Positions 19,676-29,542 are shown, counted from the stretch's first letter. The stretch is DNA of 64,000 nucleotides from Sphingomonas bacterium (GCF_028292965.1 NZ_JAQGLG010000026.1:31384-95383); one strand, 5' to 3'. A program made the numbers and translations. Notes: generated by a model not told the origin, from the sequence alone.

Positions 19676-21922
19676 ATGGCTCGCTACGGCACCCGCAAAC
19701 TCACCGCGCTCGCCCTGCGCTGCACCGTCGGCGCGGGCGCGCTAGCCCTGGCGATGGGGCAGGCCGAGGCGCAGCAGGCACCGGCCGCACCGCCCGCCGC
19801 GGCGCCCGCCGACAATGGCGACCAGGCCGACATCATCGTCACCGCGCAGAAGCGCGCCGAACGCCTGCAGGATGTGCCGATCGCGATCAGTGTCGTCTCG
19901 CCGCAAGTGCTGCAGAGCACGAATGCGCGCAACTTCGCCGAGCTGCAGGGCGTCGTCCCCGGCGTCTATTTCGCCGGCAATTCGGGCGGCGGGCGCACCT
20001 ATATCACGCTGCGCGGCGCCACCGGCCTGGCGCTCAACACCGGCGACGAGCCGGTCGCTATCTATATGGACGACGTCTATCTCGCGCGCGGCGTGACGAT
20101 CGGCATGTCAGACCTGCTCGATCTGGGCGGGATCGAAATCGTGCGCGGCCCGCAGGGCACCCTGCAGGGACGCAACGCCACCGCCGGCGCGATCCTGATC
20201 CGCAGCGCCGATCCGACGCATGATTTCTCCGGCCGGGTCTCGGCCAGTATCGCCTCACCCAGCGAGTTCCGCGCCCAGGCGGCGATCTCGGGCCCACTCG
20301 GCGGCGGCTTCGGCGCACGGCTTGCGGGCGGCTATGTCACCGAGCGCGGCTGGGCCTACAACCCCTTCACCGGCAAGCATATCGGCGGCTCGGAAAGCTA
20401 CCAGATGCGCGGCGTGCTGACCAACGACTCCGGCCCTTTCTCGATGCGCATCGTCGGCGATTATTCGTGGACCGAAAACCAGCCGGCGATCTTCCGCTAT
20501 GCCGCGACGACCTATGCCGCCGGGGCCGGCGCGCTGGTCCCGGCCGGCACGGCGACACCCAACACGCCCCTCGATCCGGTGACGCGCGATCAGATCTTCA
20601 ACCAGAATCGCATCTCGCTCAATCCGGGCACCGACACGATTGTCAGCACCGGCGGCGTGTCGGCCAAGTTCAGCTATGATTTCGGCGGCGTGGATCTGGT
20701 CTCGGTCACCGGCTATCGCCGTTCATGGGTGCGCGGCATCAACGATTCCGACGGTCTCGACGTGGCCAAGATGGGCTACAACCACAATGACGACCACAGC
20801 AACCAGTTCAGCCAGGAAATGCGGCTGCAATCATCCGGTCACAGCGCCTTTTCCTGGATCCTCGGCGCCTATTATTTCCAGGAGAACCAGGCCTACACCG
20901 ACGACATCTACAACCTCAAATTCTCGCTGCCGACCAATGGCGTGACCCGTTACACCGGCACCCAGCGCACACGCTCCTATGCCGGTTTCGCCGACGCGAC
21001 CTACCGCATCACCGACCAGTTCTCGGTGATCGGCGGCGTCCGCTACACTGAGGACCACAAGCTCCTCAACTCGAACATCATCGCCACCAACCTCGACACC
21101 AATGTGTCGACGACGACGCCCTATTCGCCGGCCGAGGCGAAATGGACCGACTGGTCGTATCGCGGCAAGCTGGTCTACAAGCCCAACCGCGATCTGATGT
21201 TCTTCCTCGGTTACGGCAAGGGCTTCCGCGCCGGCGGCTACAACCCGTTCGCGGTGCAGGTGCCCTATGCGCCGGAGACCAACAAATCCTGGGAGATCGG
21301 CGCCAAGGGCGATCTGTTCGACCGGCGCCTGAGCTTCGCGCTGGCGGCCTATCGCAACAACTACGCCAACCTCCAGCTCCGCGCCGGCGTGCCGACCGGC
21401 GGCGCGATCATCACCAATGCCGCCGAGGCGCTGATCAAGGGCGTCGAGCTGGAGTTGACCGCGCGACCGACCGATCACACCCGCCTGACCGGCAACATCG
21501 CCTATACCGATGCGCGCTTCACCAGCTTCCCGACCGCGCGCAACACGCTCGACCAGCCGGTCGACGCCTCGGGCAATGTCCTGCCGCGCACCCCGAAATG
21601 GCAGTTCTTCGTGGGCGCCGAGCAGGATGTGCCGCTGTCGGATTCGCTGATGCTGACCGGCGAGCTCAATTATCGCTGGCGCGGCCGGATCTACTTCTTC
21701 TTCACCGACCAGACCGCGCAACCCTGGCAGGACGGCCCGGGCGACGAACTGGGCGCTCGGATCTCGATCCGCCCGGTCGGCGACCGCTGGAAATTCTCGA
21801 TCTACGGCACCAACCTGACCAATTCGCGGATCATCAACACCGCGGCGGTGACCTTCAGCTATCCCCAGGTCGGCCTCAACAAGCCGCGCACGATCGGAGC
21901 TTCGGCCGAGTTCAAGTTCTGA
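19676..21922 (+). CDS. TonB-dependent receptor
   Basis: DIIVTAQKRAERLQDVP, IVRGPQGTLQGRNATAG, C-terminal F; GGAGG RBS before ATG 19676. Confidence 0.93.
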   Translation: MARYGTRKLTALALRCTVGAGALALAMGQAEAQQAPAAPPAAAPADNGDQADIIVTAQKRAERLQDVPIAISVVSPQVLQSTNARNFAELQGVVPGVYFAGNSGGGRTYITLRGATGLALNTGDEPVAIYMDDVYLARGVTIGMSDLLDLGGIEIVRGPQGTLQGRNATAGAILIRSADPTHDFSGRVSASIASPSEFRAQAAISGPLGGGFGARLAGGYVTERGWAYNPFTGKHIGGSESYQMRGVLTNDSGPFSMRIVGDYSWTENQPAIFRYAATTYAAGAGALVPAGTATPNTPLDPVTRDQIFNQNRISLNPGTDTIVSTGGVSAKFSYDFGGVDLVSVTGYRRSWVRGINDSDGLDVAKMGYNHNDDHSNQFSQEMRLQSSGHSAFSWILGAYYFQENQAYTDDIYNLKFSLPTNGVTRYTGTQRTRSYAGFADATYRITDQFSVIGGVRYTEDHKLLNSNIIATNLDTNVSTTTPYSPAEAKWTDWSYRGKLVYKPNRDLMFFLGYGKGFRAGGYNPFAVQVPYAPETNKSWEIGAKGDLFDRRLSFALAAYRNNYANLQLRAGVPTGGAIITNAAEALIKGVELELTARPTDHTRLTGNIAYTDARFTSFPTARNTLDQPVDASGNVLPRTPKWQFFVGAEQDVPLSDSLMLTGELNYRWRGRIYFFFTDQTAQPWQDGPGDELGARISIRPVGDRWKFSIYGTNLTNSRIINTAAVTFSYPQVGLNKPRTIGASAEFKF

Positions 21923-21935
21923 TAGGGGTAAGCGT

Positions 21936-23156
21936 GTGACGCGTGGTGTAGGATCGGCGGCGAACGAGTTTCGTACGCATTGGCGGGCGCTGCTCGGCTG
22001 CACCATCGCGGCGTCGATCGGCACGATCGGGTTGCAGGCCTATACCAGCGGTGCGTTCGTGCCCGCGCTCGGGCGTGATGTCGGTTACACAAGGGAGCAA
22101 CTGTCGCTCGCGACCTTGCTGCTTTCCGCAGTCGTCGCGATCTGCGCGCCGATCGCGGGCACGCTGATGGATCGTTACGGTGCGGTGCGGATCATTGCCT
22201 TCGCGGTGGCTGGCGAGGCGGCGGCGTTCGCCCTGCTCGCCATCGCGCCTACAGGCTTCCCACTCTACGCCGCGCTGATCGTGCTGCTCGCCCTCCTCGG
22301 CGTCGGCACCACCCCGCCCGGCTTCGCGCGGATCATCACCGCGCGTTTCGATGCCGGGCGTGGGCTGGCGCTGGGGTGCATGATCAGTGGGCTCGGCATC
22401 ATGGCGATCAGCGGGCCGATCTGGGCGACCTGGGTGATCCAGCAGGGCGGCTGGCGTGCCGGCTATGGCGTGATCGCCGGGCTGGTCCTGCTGCTCGGCG
22501 GTGGCGGGCTGGCGCTGGTGCATGGCGATCGCGCCGCGCATCCGGCAATACCGGCGCGCGCGGCGCTGGATGCAGCGAGCGGCCCTTCGGCGCTGCGCCG
22601 CCCGCTCTTCTGGGTGATGCTCGTCGGCTTCGTCGCGCCCGCCCTGTTCGGCGGCGGTTATCTCCTCCACCTCATCAGCCTGCTCACCGAGCGCGGCATC
22701 GCCCCCGCGACGGCGGCGCGGGTCCAGTCGCTGATCGGAGTCGCCGTGCTGTGCGGCCGGCTTGGTTCGGGCTGGGCGCTTGATCGCTTCCCCGCCCCGC
22801 GCGTCGCCGCCGCTGCTTTCACCGTCTCGGCGCTGGGCTGCGCCTTGCTGCTGCAATCCAACCTCGCGTTGATGAGTGTTGCCGCGCTGGCGATCGGCCT
22901 GACGATCGGTGCCGAGCTCGACATCCTCGCCTATTTCGTCTCGCGTTATTTCGGCCTTGCCGGTTTCGGCCGGCTTTATGGCCTGGCCTATGGCTGCCTG
23001 ATCATTGCCGGCGGCACCAGCCCGGTGCTGATCGCGTGGCTGGCGCGGCTCGGCGGTTATCCGCTCGCGCTGATCGTCTCGACCTTCGGCACCATCGCCG
23101 GCGCGCTGATCCTGCTTACCCTGCCCGATCCCCGCAAGGTTGCCGCGCATGCCTGA
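21936..23156 (+). CDS. MFS transporter
   Basis: GTLMDRYG, GWALDRF and GAELD...YFG motifs; 12 hydrophobic segments. Confidence 0.87.
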   Translation: MTRGVGSAANEFRTHWRALLGCTIAASIGTIGLQAYTSGAFVPALGRDVGYTREQLSLATLLLSAVVAICAPIAGTLMDRYGAVRIIAFAVAGEAAAFALLAIAPTGFPLYAALIVLLALLGVGTTPPGFARIITARFDAGRGLALGCMISGLGIMAISGPIWATWVIQQGGWRAGYGVIAGLVLLLGGGGLALVHGDRAAHPAIPARAALDAASGPSALRRPLFWVMLVGFVAPALFGGGYLLHLISLLTERGIAPATAARVQSLIGVAVLCGRLGSGWALDRFPAPRVAAAAFTVSALGCALLLQSNLALMSVAALAIGLTIGAELDILAYFVSRYFGLAGFGRLYGLAYGCLIIAGGTSPVLIAWLARLGGYPLALIVSTFGTIAGALILLTLPDPRKVAAHA

Positions 23157-23895
23157 CATGGCCGGCAAGGTCGCGCTGGTCACCGGTGCCGCCTCGGGGA
23201 TCGGCGCGGCGACGGCTACGCTGCTCGCCGAACGCGGTGCGTTCGTGTGGTTCGCCGACCTTCACACCGATGGCTGCGACACGGCGCGGAACGCCATCCC
23301 CGCCAGCGAGTCACTGTCGCTGGACGTACGCGATCCTGCTGCCTGGCACGCGGCCGAAGCGCGCATCGGCAAGCTCGACGTGCTGGTCAACGCCGCCGGT
23401 ATCAGCCGCACGACCAACCCCGCCGACATCGCCGAGGTCGCGCTGGACGACTGGCGTGCGATCTTCGCCGTCAATGTCGAAGGCACCTTGCTCGGCTGCC
23501 AGACCGCGATGCGCCTGATGGCCCGGGAGGGCGGAGCGATCGTCAACATCGCCTCGACCGCCGGCATCGCGCCCAGCGCGACACTCGGCGCCTATGGCGC
23601 CTCCAAAGCGGCGGTAGCGCAGATGACGCGCAGTATCGCCGCCGCCTGTGCCGCGCAGGGGCTGGCGATCCGCTGCAACGCGGTCCAGCCGGGCATGGCC
23701 GAAACGCCGATGACGGCGGCGATGAGCGACGACTATCGCCGCGCCTGGGAGGCGCAGATCCCCGCCCACCGCTTCGGTCGCGCCGAAGAGGTCGCGCAAG
23801 CCATCTGCTTCCTCGCCAGCGACGCGGCGAGTTACATCAACGGCGAGGCGCTGCTGGTCGATGGCGGCCTGATCAACCGCGCGGTGGTCAGCTAG
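23149..23895 (+). CDS. SDR family oxidoreductase
   Basis: TGAASGIG, NAAG, YGASK and VDGG motifs. Confidence 0.9.
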   Translation: MPDMAGKVALVTGAASGIGAATATLLAERGAFVWFADLHTDGCDTARNAIPASESLSLDVRDPAAWHAAEARIGKLDVLVNAAGISRTTNPADIAEVALDDWRAIFAVNVEGTLLGCQTAMRLMAREGGAIVNIASTAGIAPSATLGAYGASKAAVAQMTRSIAAACAAQGLAIRCNAVQPGMAETPMTAAMSDDYRRAWEAQIPAHRFGRAEEVAQAICFLASDAASYINGEALLVDGGLINRAVVS

Positions 23896-24344
23896 GCAGG
23901 CTTGGCCAGCATCAGCGCCTGCCGTGTGGTCCGGCAGACGATCTCGTCGCGCTGGTTGAAACCGAGATGTTCGAAGGTGACGATGCCCTGCCCAGGCCGC
24001 GACGCCGACGGGCGCAGCGCCTTGACCTCGGTCTCGACATGGATCGTGTCGCCGGCGAAGACGGGCTTGGGGAAAAGCGTCTCGGTCATGCCGAGATTGG
24101 CGACGGTCGTGCCGAAGGTGGTGTCCTGCACGCTCAGCCCGACGATCAGCCCCAGCGTGAACAGCGAGTTCATCAACGGCCTGCCGAACTCGGTCGTCGC
24201 GGCATAGGCATGGTCGATATGCAGCGCCGCCGGATTGAAGGTCAGCGACGAGAACAGCATATTGTCCATGTCGGTCACGGTGCGCCGGATCTCGTGCACG
24301 AAGCGCTGCCCGACCGTGAATTGCTCGAAATACAAACCCGCCAT
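23892..24344 (-). CDS. MaoC family dehydratase
   Basis: GLYFEQF, RRTVT..DN..F, NPAALHID and PVFAGDT motifs. Confidence 0.9.
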   Translation of the reverse strand: MAGLYFEQFTVGQRFVHEIRRTVTDMDNMLFSSLTFNPAALHIDHAYAATTEFGRPLMNSLFTLGLIVGLSVQDTTFGTTVANLGMTETLFPKPVFAGDTIHVETEVKALRPSASRPGQGIVTFEHLGFNQRDEIVCRTTRQALMLAKPA

Positions 24345-24401
24345 CGCCGTTCCTGCCTTGACCTTGTTTGGCGCAGCGCCTGCGGCAAACCCGCCCGGTC
24401 G

Positions 24402-25799
24402 TCAATCTCGCGGACGCACACCCAGCGTAACCATCGCCGATAACCCCGCCGCCACCGCCATCGACGCGCCGATCAGCGCCGCGATGTGGAACGCGCCGAC
24501 CAGCGCCGCCCCGGTCTTGCCGATCACCGCGCCGACCAAAGCCGTTGCGATCAACCCGCCGGTCCGTGCGATCGCACTGTTGAAGCCCGAGGCGGTGCCG
24601 GTATGCGTCGCCTCGACCGACGACAACACCGCTGTGGTCAGCGGCGCCACCGCGCCGGCCATGCCGAGCGCGATGACCAGCATGCCGGGGAACACGCCCC
24701 ACCAGTAACCGGCCTGCGGGTCGGCGCGCGCCAGCAACGCGAAGCCGCAGCCCGCAACGATCGGCCCGATCGACAGCGGCCAGTGCGGCCCGATGCGCTC
24801 GCTCAACCGCCCCGCCGCGCGCGACGCCGCGCCGATCACCACCGGGAAGGGCAGCAACGCCATGCCGGCGGCGAGCGCGGTGTAACCGCCGGCGACGATC
24901 AGCAGGAACGGCAGCAGCACGAGCAACCCGCCAAGCGCGCCGTAGAGCAGGAAGGTCAGCAACGTCAGCCCAACGAATGGCGCGGAAGCGAACATCGCGA
25001 ACGGCATCATCGCGGCGTCGCGCCGGCGGTGCTCGACCAGTAGAAAAGCGGCCAGCGCGACGAGACCCGCCACAAGGCCGATCCATGCCACCCCGGTCAT
25101 GCGGTAACTCGCCGACCATAGGGTCAACGCCCAGGTCAATGCGCCGAGCGCGATCGTCGCCAGCGCCGCTCCGGGCCAGTCGAGCGCCTGCTCGCCTTCC
25201 GCATTCTCCTCCACGAAGCGCAGCGCGATGACGATCGCGCCCAGCGCAACGGGCACGTTGAGATAGAAGATCGCGCGCCAGCCGACCACACCGACCAGCC
25301 AGCCACCGAGCGGCGGGCCGACCGCGCCGGCGATCGCCCCGACCGCCGCCCAGGTGCCGATCGCGCGGCCGCGCGCCTCACCCGAAAAGGCATTGCCGAG
25401 GATCGCCAGGCTGTTCGGCATCAGCATCGCCGCGCCGATCCCCTGCACGGCCCGCGCCGGTAGCAGCACCGCGAGGCTCGGCGCCCAGGCGCAGGCGACC
25501 GAGGCCAGCGCGAACAGGGCGATCCCCCCGACCAGCATGCGCCGCCGCCCGAAATGGTCGCCCAGCGCACCACCGAGCAGCAACAGCGCCGACAGCGGCA
25601 GCAGATAGGCGTTGATCGTCCATTGCAGATCGGCCGCGCCGGCGCCGTAGCTCTTGCCGATCGCAGGCAGGGCGACATTGACGACGGAACCATCGATAAA
25701 GGCGAGGCTGGAGGCGAGGATCGTCGCCAGCAAAACCCAATTGCCGTGCCGCGCCGATCCGGGTTGCGCGGCATGCGCGACTGTCTGGTCACAGGGCAT
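24402..25799 (-). CDS. DHA2 (14-TM) MFS efflux transporter
   Basis: IDGSVVNVALP, GALGDHFGRRR and WRAIFYLNVP motifs. Start uncertain (ATG 25799 or GTG 25814). Confidence 0.87.
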   Translation of the reverse strand: MPCDQTVAHAAQPGSARHGNWVLLATILASSLAFIDGSVVNVALPAIGKSYGAGAADLQWTINAYLLPLSALLLLGGALGDHFGRRRMLVGGIALFALASVACAWAPSLAVLLPARAVQGIGAAMLMPNSLAILGNAFSGEARGRAIGTWAAVGAIAGAVGPPLGGWLVGVVGWRAIFYLNVPVALGAIVIALRFVEENAEGEQALDWPGAALATIALGALTWALTLWSASYRMTGVAWIGLVAGLVALAAFLLVEHRRRDAAMMPFAMFASAPFVGLTLLTFLLYGALGGLLVLLPFLLIVAGGYTALAAGMALLPFPVVIGAASRAAGRLSERIGPHWPLSIGPIVAGCGFALLARADPQAGYWWGVFPGMLVIALGMAGAVAPLTTAVLSSVEATHTGTASGFNSAIARTGGLIATALVGAVIGKTGAALVGAFHIAALIGASMAVAAGLSAMVTLGVRPRD

Positions 25800-25857
25800 A
25801 GGCTGGGCAGTCACCCGCTCTTTTAAGCAGATCGCGGGGACCCGCGATACCGGGGCT

Positions 25858-26343
25858 TCACGCCCCGGGGCGGCTTTCGGCGATCTCGCGCGCGATGGCG
25901 AGGCGCTCGAACGTGCTGTTGGCCGATCGCGCCAGCGTGTCGAGCAGGGCCAGCGCATCCGGCTCGGCCGGATTGTCCTTCGCCCAATAGACGCCGAGCG
26001 CGGCAACCGGGTCGCCGATGCCTAGCGGAAACATCGCCATGCTGGCGACGAAGGCCACCTCCTCGACATCGCGCGGAACGCGCGCATCGCATTGGACGTC
26101 GGGGATATAGATCGGGCGGCGTTCGGTCATCGCCAGGCCGGAAACGCACTGGTCGATCGGGAAGCGCCGCCCGGTCCATAGAGGCGCGACGGCGTCCTCG
26201 CCGACATGAACCATCTCGTCGCCGTCCCGGCGCACGACTGCCACGCCGTCGGCGCAACCGATCGCCCGGCTGCGCGCGCGCAACACCTCGAGCGCGGCCT
26301 CGATCGACGCGGCCAGACCGAGCAGGGCGAGCGCCTCAGACAT
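25858..26343 (-). CDS. Stand-alone GAF domain protein
   Basis: ADG..VVRRDGD, LWTGRRFP..CVSG.AM, IPDV..DAR and ALGVYWA. Start could be 26370. Confidence 0.72.
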   Translation of the reverse strand: MSEALALLGLAASIEAALEVLRARSRAIGCADGVAVVRRDGDEMVHVGEDAVAPLWTGRRFPIDQCVSGLAMTERRPIYIPDVQCDARVPRDVEEVAFVASMAMFPLGIGDPVAALGVYWAKDNPAEPDALALLDTLARSANSTFERLAIAREIAESRPGA

Positions 26344-26503
26344 CAGCTTCCAGCGATTGAACCGGATCATGGGTACGCGAAACCTTCCGACGTGGCGGAC
26401 TAGTCGCAAATCGCAAAACAACTACACCGCAGGGGTGTGTGGCCCTGAACCTGCGGCTATGGACAGGGCCTGATCGCGATAGGGCAGGGGTCCAATTAGC
26501 GAC

Positions 26504-27520
26504 CTAGGCCGTGCCCATCACCTGCGCGGCGAAGCGCTCCATTTCCTCGGCCTGCGGGCTCATCTGCAGCAGCAACAGGTCGAGCCCGGCTCCTTCATAA
26601 TCGGCGATGCGCTGGCGCAATTGCTCCGGCGTTCCGACCAGATTGGGGCGCAGCCCCCGGTTCGACACCGAATATTCCTGGATCTTGAGCTCGCGTTCGA
26701 GCTGCGTGCCCGACAACCATTGGTCGAAATTGGCATAGCCCGCCGGAAGCTCGCTCACCGTGGTGATGCGTTCAAGCTCGCGTTGCGCCTCGGCCTCGCT
26801 GTCGCGCACAATGGCATAGGCCGCCATGCCATATTGCATCGGCGTGCCGCCGGCGGCTTCGCGCCGCGCCGCCATGTCGGCGATCTTGGGTGCGATCGCG
26901 TCGACCGGATCGCCGTGCATGACATAGGCATCGCACTGGCCGACGATCATCGCCTTGGCCTTGTCGCTCTCGCCCCCGGCATAGACGGTCGGGCGCTTCA
27001 CCGGCTTGGGCGAACAGATCGCTTCCTCGGTTTTGTAGAACTGGCCGTCGAAGCTGAAACGCTCCTCGGTCCACAACCCGTCGACCACCGTCAGCCATTC
27101 CTCGGTGCGCGCATAACGATCGTCATGCTGGTCGAACTGCAGGCCATATTGCCGCGCCTCGTCGGCCCACCAGGACGACACCACATTGAGCGCCAGCCGC
27201 CCGCCCGAGATGCGATCGATGTTCGCCGCCGCCTTGGCGAACAGCGCCGGATGATGGAAATTGGGCCGCACCGCGACCATCAGCTCCAGCTTCTCGGTCA
27301 CCGCGGCGAGCGCGGCCGCCGTCGACCAGGCGTCGAGCGCGGGCTGCTCGACGCCCTTGATGTCGTTGAGGTTGAGTTCGGCGATCAGCGTCAGGTCGTA
27401 ACCCCAGCGCTCCGCATTTTGCGTCAGGCGCTTGGTATAATCCCAGCTCGCATCCATCTGCTCGTCGGGGATGTTGCGCAGCCAGCCGCCGAATACCGGC
27501 ATCCAGTAACCGTAACGCAT
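26504..27520 (-). CDS. LLM class flavin-dependent monooxygenase (SsuD/SfnG-related)
   Basis: LELMVAVRP, IDRISGGRLALNVVS, YAGGES and LVGTPEQ motifs. Confidence 0.9.
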   Translation of the reverse strand: MRYGYWMPVFGGWLRNIPDEQMDASWDYTKRLTQNAERWGYDLTLIAELNLNDIKGVEQPALDAWSTAAALAAVTEKLELMVAVRPNFHHPALFAKAAANIDRISGGRLALNVVSSWWADEARQYGLQFDQHDDRYARTEEWLTVVDGLWTEERFSFDGQFYKTEEAICSPKPVKRPTVYAGGESDKAKAMIVGQCDAYVMHGDPVDAIAPKIADMAARREAAGGTPMQYGMAAYAIVRDSEAEAQRELERITTVSELPAGYANFDQWLSGTQLERELKIQEYSVSNRGLRPNLVGTPEQLRQRIADYEGAGLDLLLLQMSPQAEEMERFAAQVMGTA

Positions 27521-28428
27521 CAGCGGCTTGCCCCTTCGATCACGCTTTCGAGATAGTCGACCAGCCGGTCATGCGGCTCCCAACCCAGCACGTCGAGCGG
27601 CTTCGCGACGAAGTTGGACAGCGCGTTGATGTCGTAGAAACGCGGCGTGCCGTCACGGTCGTCGATCATCACCTCGACCCCGCCGACATCCATGTTCATC
27701 GCCCGAGCAATCCGCTCGGCGGCGTCTATCAGCTGGGACGCCGGCGTCGTCACGGTCATGGTGATCGCGGTTCCGGGCACCTGGCAGGCGTCGGCCGGGC
27801 ACAGATCGAACGCACCGCCCCCGGCAATGTCGATGGCGTAGAGGTACTTGCGATCGAGCGTCTCGATCCGCGTGATCGTGCCGTCGCGTGCAGGCACATA
27901 GTCCTGCACCAGCAGCACGCCGTCGACACTGGTCGGCAGGAATTTGTCGGCGACCGACTCGCGCAACTGTTCGGCGCTGTCGTAGCGCATGATGCCGGCG
28001 CCGGCGCCGCCGATATTGGCCTTGACCACCAGCGGGAAACCGATCGCCTCCCCCGCCGCGACGATATCTGCGATGCGATGGACCACGCGCGTCGCCGGGA
28101 TGGCCAGCCCGAGGCTCGATATCAACGACAATTGCCGCGCCTTGGAGGCGTCGATCGCCATCACATCGGCACCGTTGATCACCCGCGCGCCAGCCCGCCG
28201 CCAATGGTCGAGCATCGCCATCGCATCGAAGATCGGATGCTCGTCGGCACGCAGGAAACTCGACATGGCAATGCGGTTGAACACCACCGGCGCCGGCGCG
28301 GAAACCACCGACGGGTCCCAATTGCCTTCCGGCTTCAGGTCGAGATGCGGGATACCGCGCCGGTCGAGCGCGGCGAACAGCGGCGTGAACCAGGCGGGGT
28401 GTTCGTAGAACAGCGCGATCGGTGGCAT
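27520..28428 (-). CDS. ATP-grasp (RimK-like) ligase
   Basis: SKARQ, FPLVVKANIGGAGAG, LVQDYV, GGVE and FYDINALSNF. Start at ATG 28428; the longer ORF runs into a repeat. Confidence 0.85.
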   Translation of the reverse strand: MPPIALFYEHPAWFTPLFAALDRRGIPHLDLKPEGNWDPSVVSAPAPVVFNRIAMSSFLRADEHPIFDAMAMLDHWRRAGARVINGADVMAIDASKARQLSLISSLGLAIPATRVVHRIADIVAAGEAIGFPLVVKANIGGAGAGIMRYDSAEQLRESVADKFLPTSVDGVLLVQDYVPARDGTITRIETLDRKYLYAIDIAGGGAFDLCPADACQVPGTAITMTVTTPASQLIDAAERIARAMNMDVGGVEVMIDDRDGTPRFYDINALSNFVAKPLDVLGWEPHDRLVDYLESVIEGASR

Positions 28429-28490
28429 GGGGTGCCCGTTGCTCGGTTTTGCGCGGAGGGGCAAGGGGTTCACCGCGCCAAAACCACACC

Positions 28491-28597
28491 CGTCACCCCG
28501 GACCTGTTCCGGGGTCCACGGCGCCGCAGGCAACACGAAAGAGCATCAATCGAAGCGCTCGCTGCCCGGTGGACCCCGGAACAAGTCCGGGGTGACG
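28491..28597. repeat. REP/REPIN-like inverted-repeat element
   Basis: Arms CGTCACCCCGGACCTGTTCCGGGGTCCAC and GTGGACCCCGGAACAAGTCCGGGGTGACG. Confidence 0.85.
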
Positions 28598-28603
28598 AAG
28601 GAG

Positions 28604-29212
28604 TTAGGCGAAAGCCGGCGCCTTCCTCAACTGCTGATACGCACCGATCACCTTCTGCAGCATCGCTTCATGGCTGCGGTCGCCGCCATTGCGATCCGGA
28701 TGATAGCGCCGCACCAACTCGCTGTACCGCCGCCTGAGCGCTCCGCGATCGGCATCCACATCCAGCCCCAGCACCCCGAGCGACCGGCGGTCCTCCCCCG
28801 ATAACGGCCGACCGTCCTTGCGCTCGGTCGCGACGCGCTGTCCGAAACGCCCTGCGATCGCGTCCAGCGGATCGCTGAAATCGGCCCAGCGCGGCGGGCG
28901 GTCGCCGGCATTGGCGGCGAAGGCACGCGTCTCGCGCTCCCAGCCGGCGAACGGGCGTTGCGCGTCATGGATCTCGTCCACGGTCATGCCGGTGAAGAAA
29001 TTATACCGCGCGTTGAACGCCCGCACATGGTCGAGGCAGAACCAGCGATAGGGCCGCGGCCCTTCACCATCGATCACCGGCCCGTCGGCCGGAGGCGCGC
29101 GGAATTCGCCGGGCTGGTCGCAGCCCGGTTCCATGCACATCTGGCCGGCACCCTCGATGCGGCCGTGAAAGCGCGCGTTGGGCCGATCCTTCTTGTCGTA
29201 TTCCCGCGCCAC
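28604..29212 (-). CDS. J domain-containing protein (alphaproteobacterial type with N-terminal Cys/His motif)
   Basis: C-terminal RRYHPDRNGG; N-terminal C..PGC...GEFRAP...WFCLDHVR; GTG start with GGAG RBS; divergent from bolA. Confidence 0.88.
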   Translation of the reverse strand: MAREYDKKDRPNARFHGRIEGAGQMCMEPGCDQPGEFRAPPADGPVIDGEGPRPYRWFCLDHVRAFNARYNFFTGMTVDEIHDAQRPFAGWERETRAFAANAGDRPPRWADFSDPLDAIAGRFGQRVATERKDGRPLSGEDRRSLGVLGLDVDADRGALRRRYSELVRRYHPDRNGGDRSHEAMLQKVIGAYQQLRKAPAFA

Positions 29213-29251
29213 GCGGCTCCCCGAATTGGCAAAGCCCGCTATATAGGGCGG

Positions 29252-29542
29252 ATGACAAGCATCGCCACCGCTCCGCTCGCCGAAATCATCGCGGCCCGTC
29301 TCACCACCGCGCTCGATCCGTCGCGGCTCGAGGTGATCAACGAAAGCCACCTTCATGCCGGTCATCTCGGCGACGACGGCACCGGCGAATCGCACTTCGC
29401 CGTGGCGGTCGAAAGCGCGGCTTTTGACGGGCTCAACCGCGTCGCGCGCCAGCGGCTGGTGAACAAGGCGCTGGCCGATTTGTTGTCGTCGCGCATCCAC
29501 GCGCTCTCCATCCGCGCCTGGGCGCCAGGAGAGACAGGATGA
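29252..29542 (+). CDS. bolA: BolA family protein
   Basis: LEVINESHLHAGH, GESHF, FDGLNRVARQRLV and IHALSI motifs. Confidence 0.9.
   Translation: MTSIATAPLAEIIAARLTTALDPSRLEVINESHLHAGHLGDDGTGESHFAVAVESAAFDGLNRVARQRLVNKALADLLSSRIHALSIRAWAPGETG

Noticed and set aside
18697-20223. 508-aa plus-strand ORF, and similar Arg/Gly-rich ORFs such as 23311-25119, 46044-47747 and 51274-52980
   Set aside because: They overlap well-supported genes in other frames or strands and have low-complexity composition.
26427-26456. CCGCAGG...CCTGCGG hairpin as a terminator or ncRNA
   Set aside because: Short stem with a large loop and no immediate U-tract; insufficient evidence.
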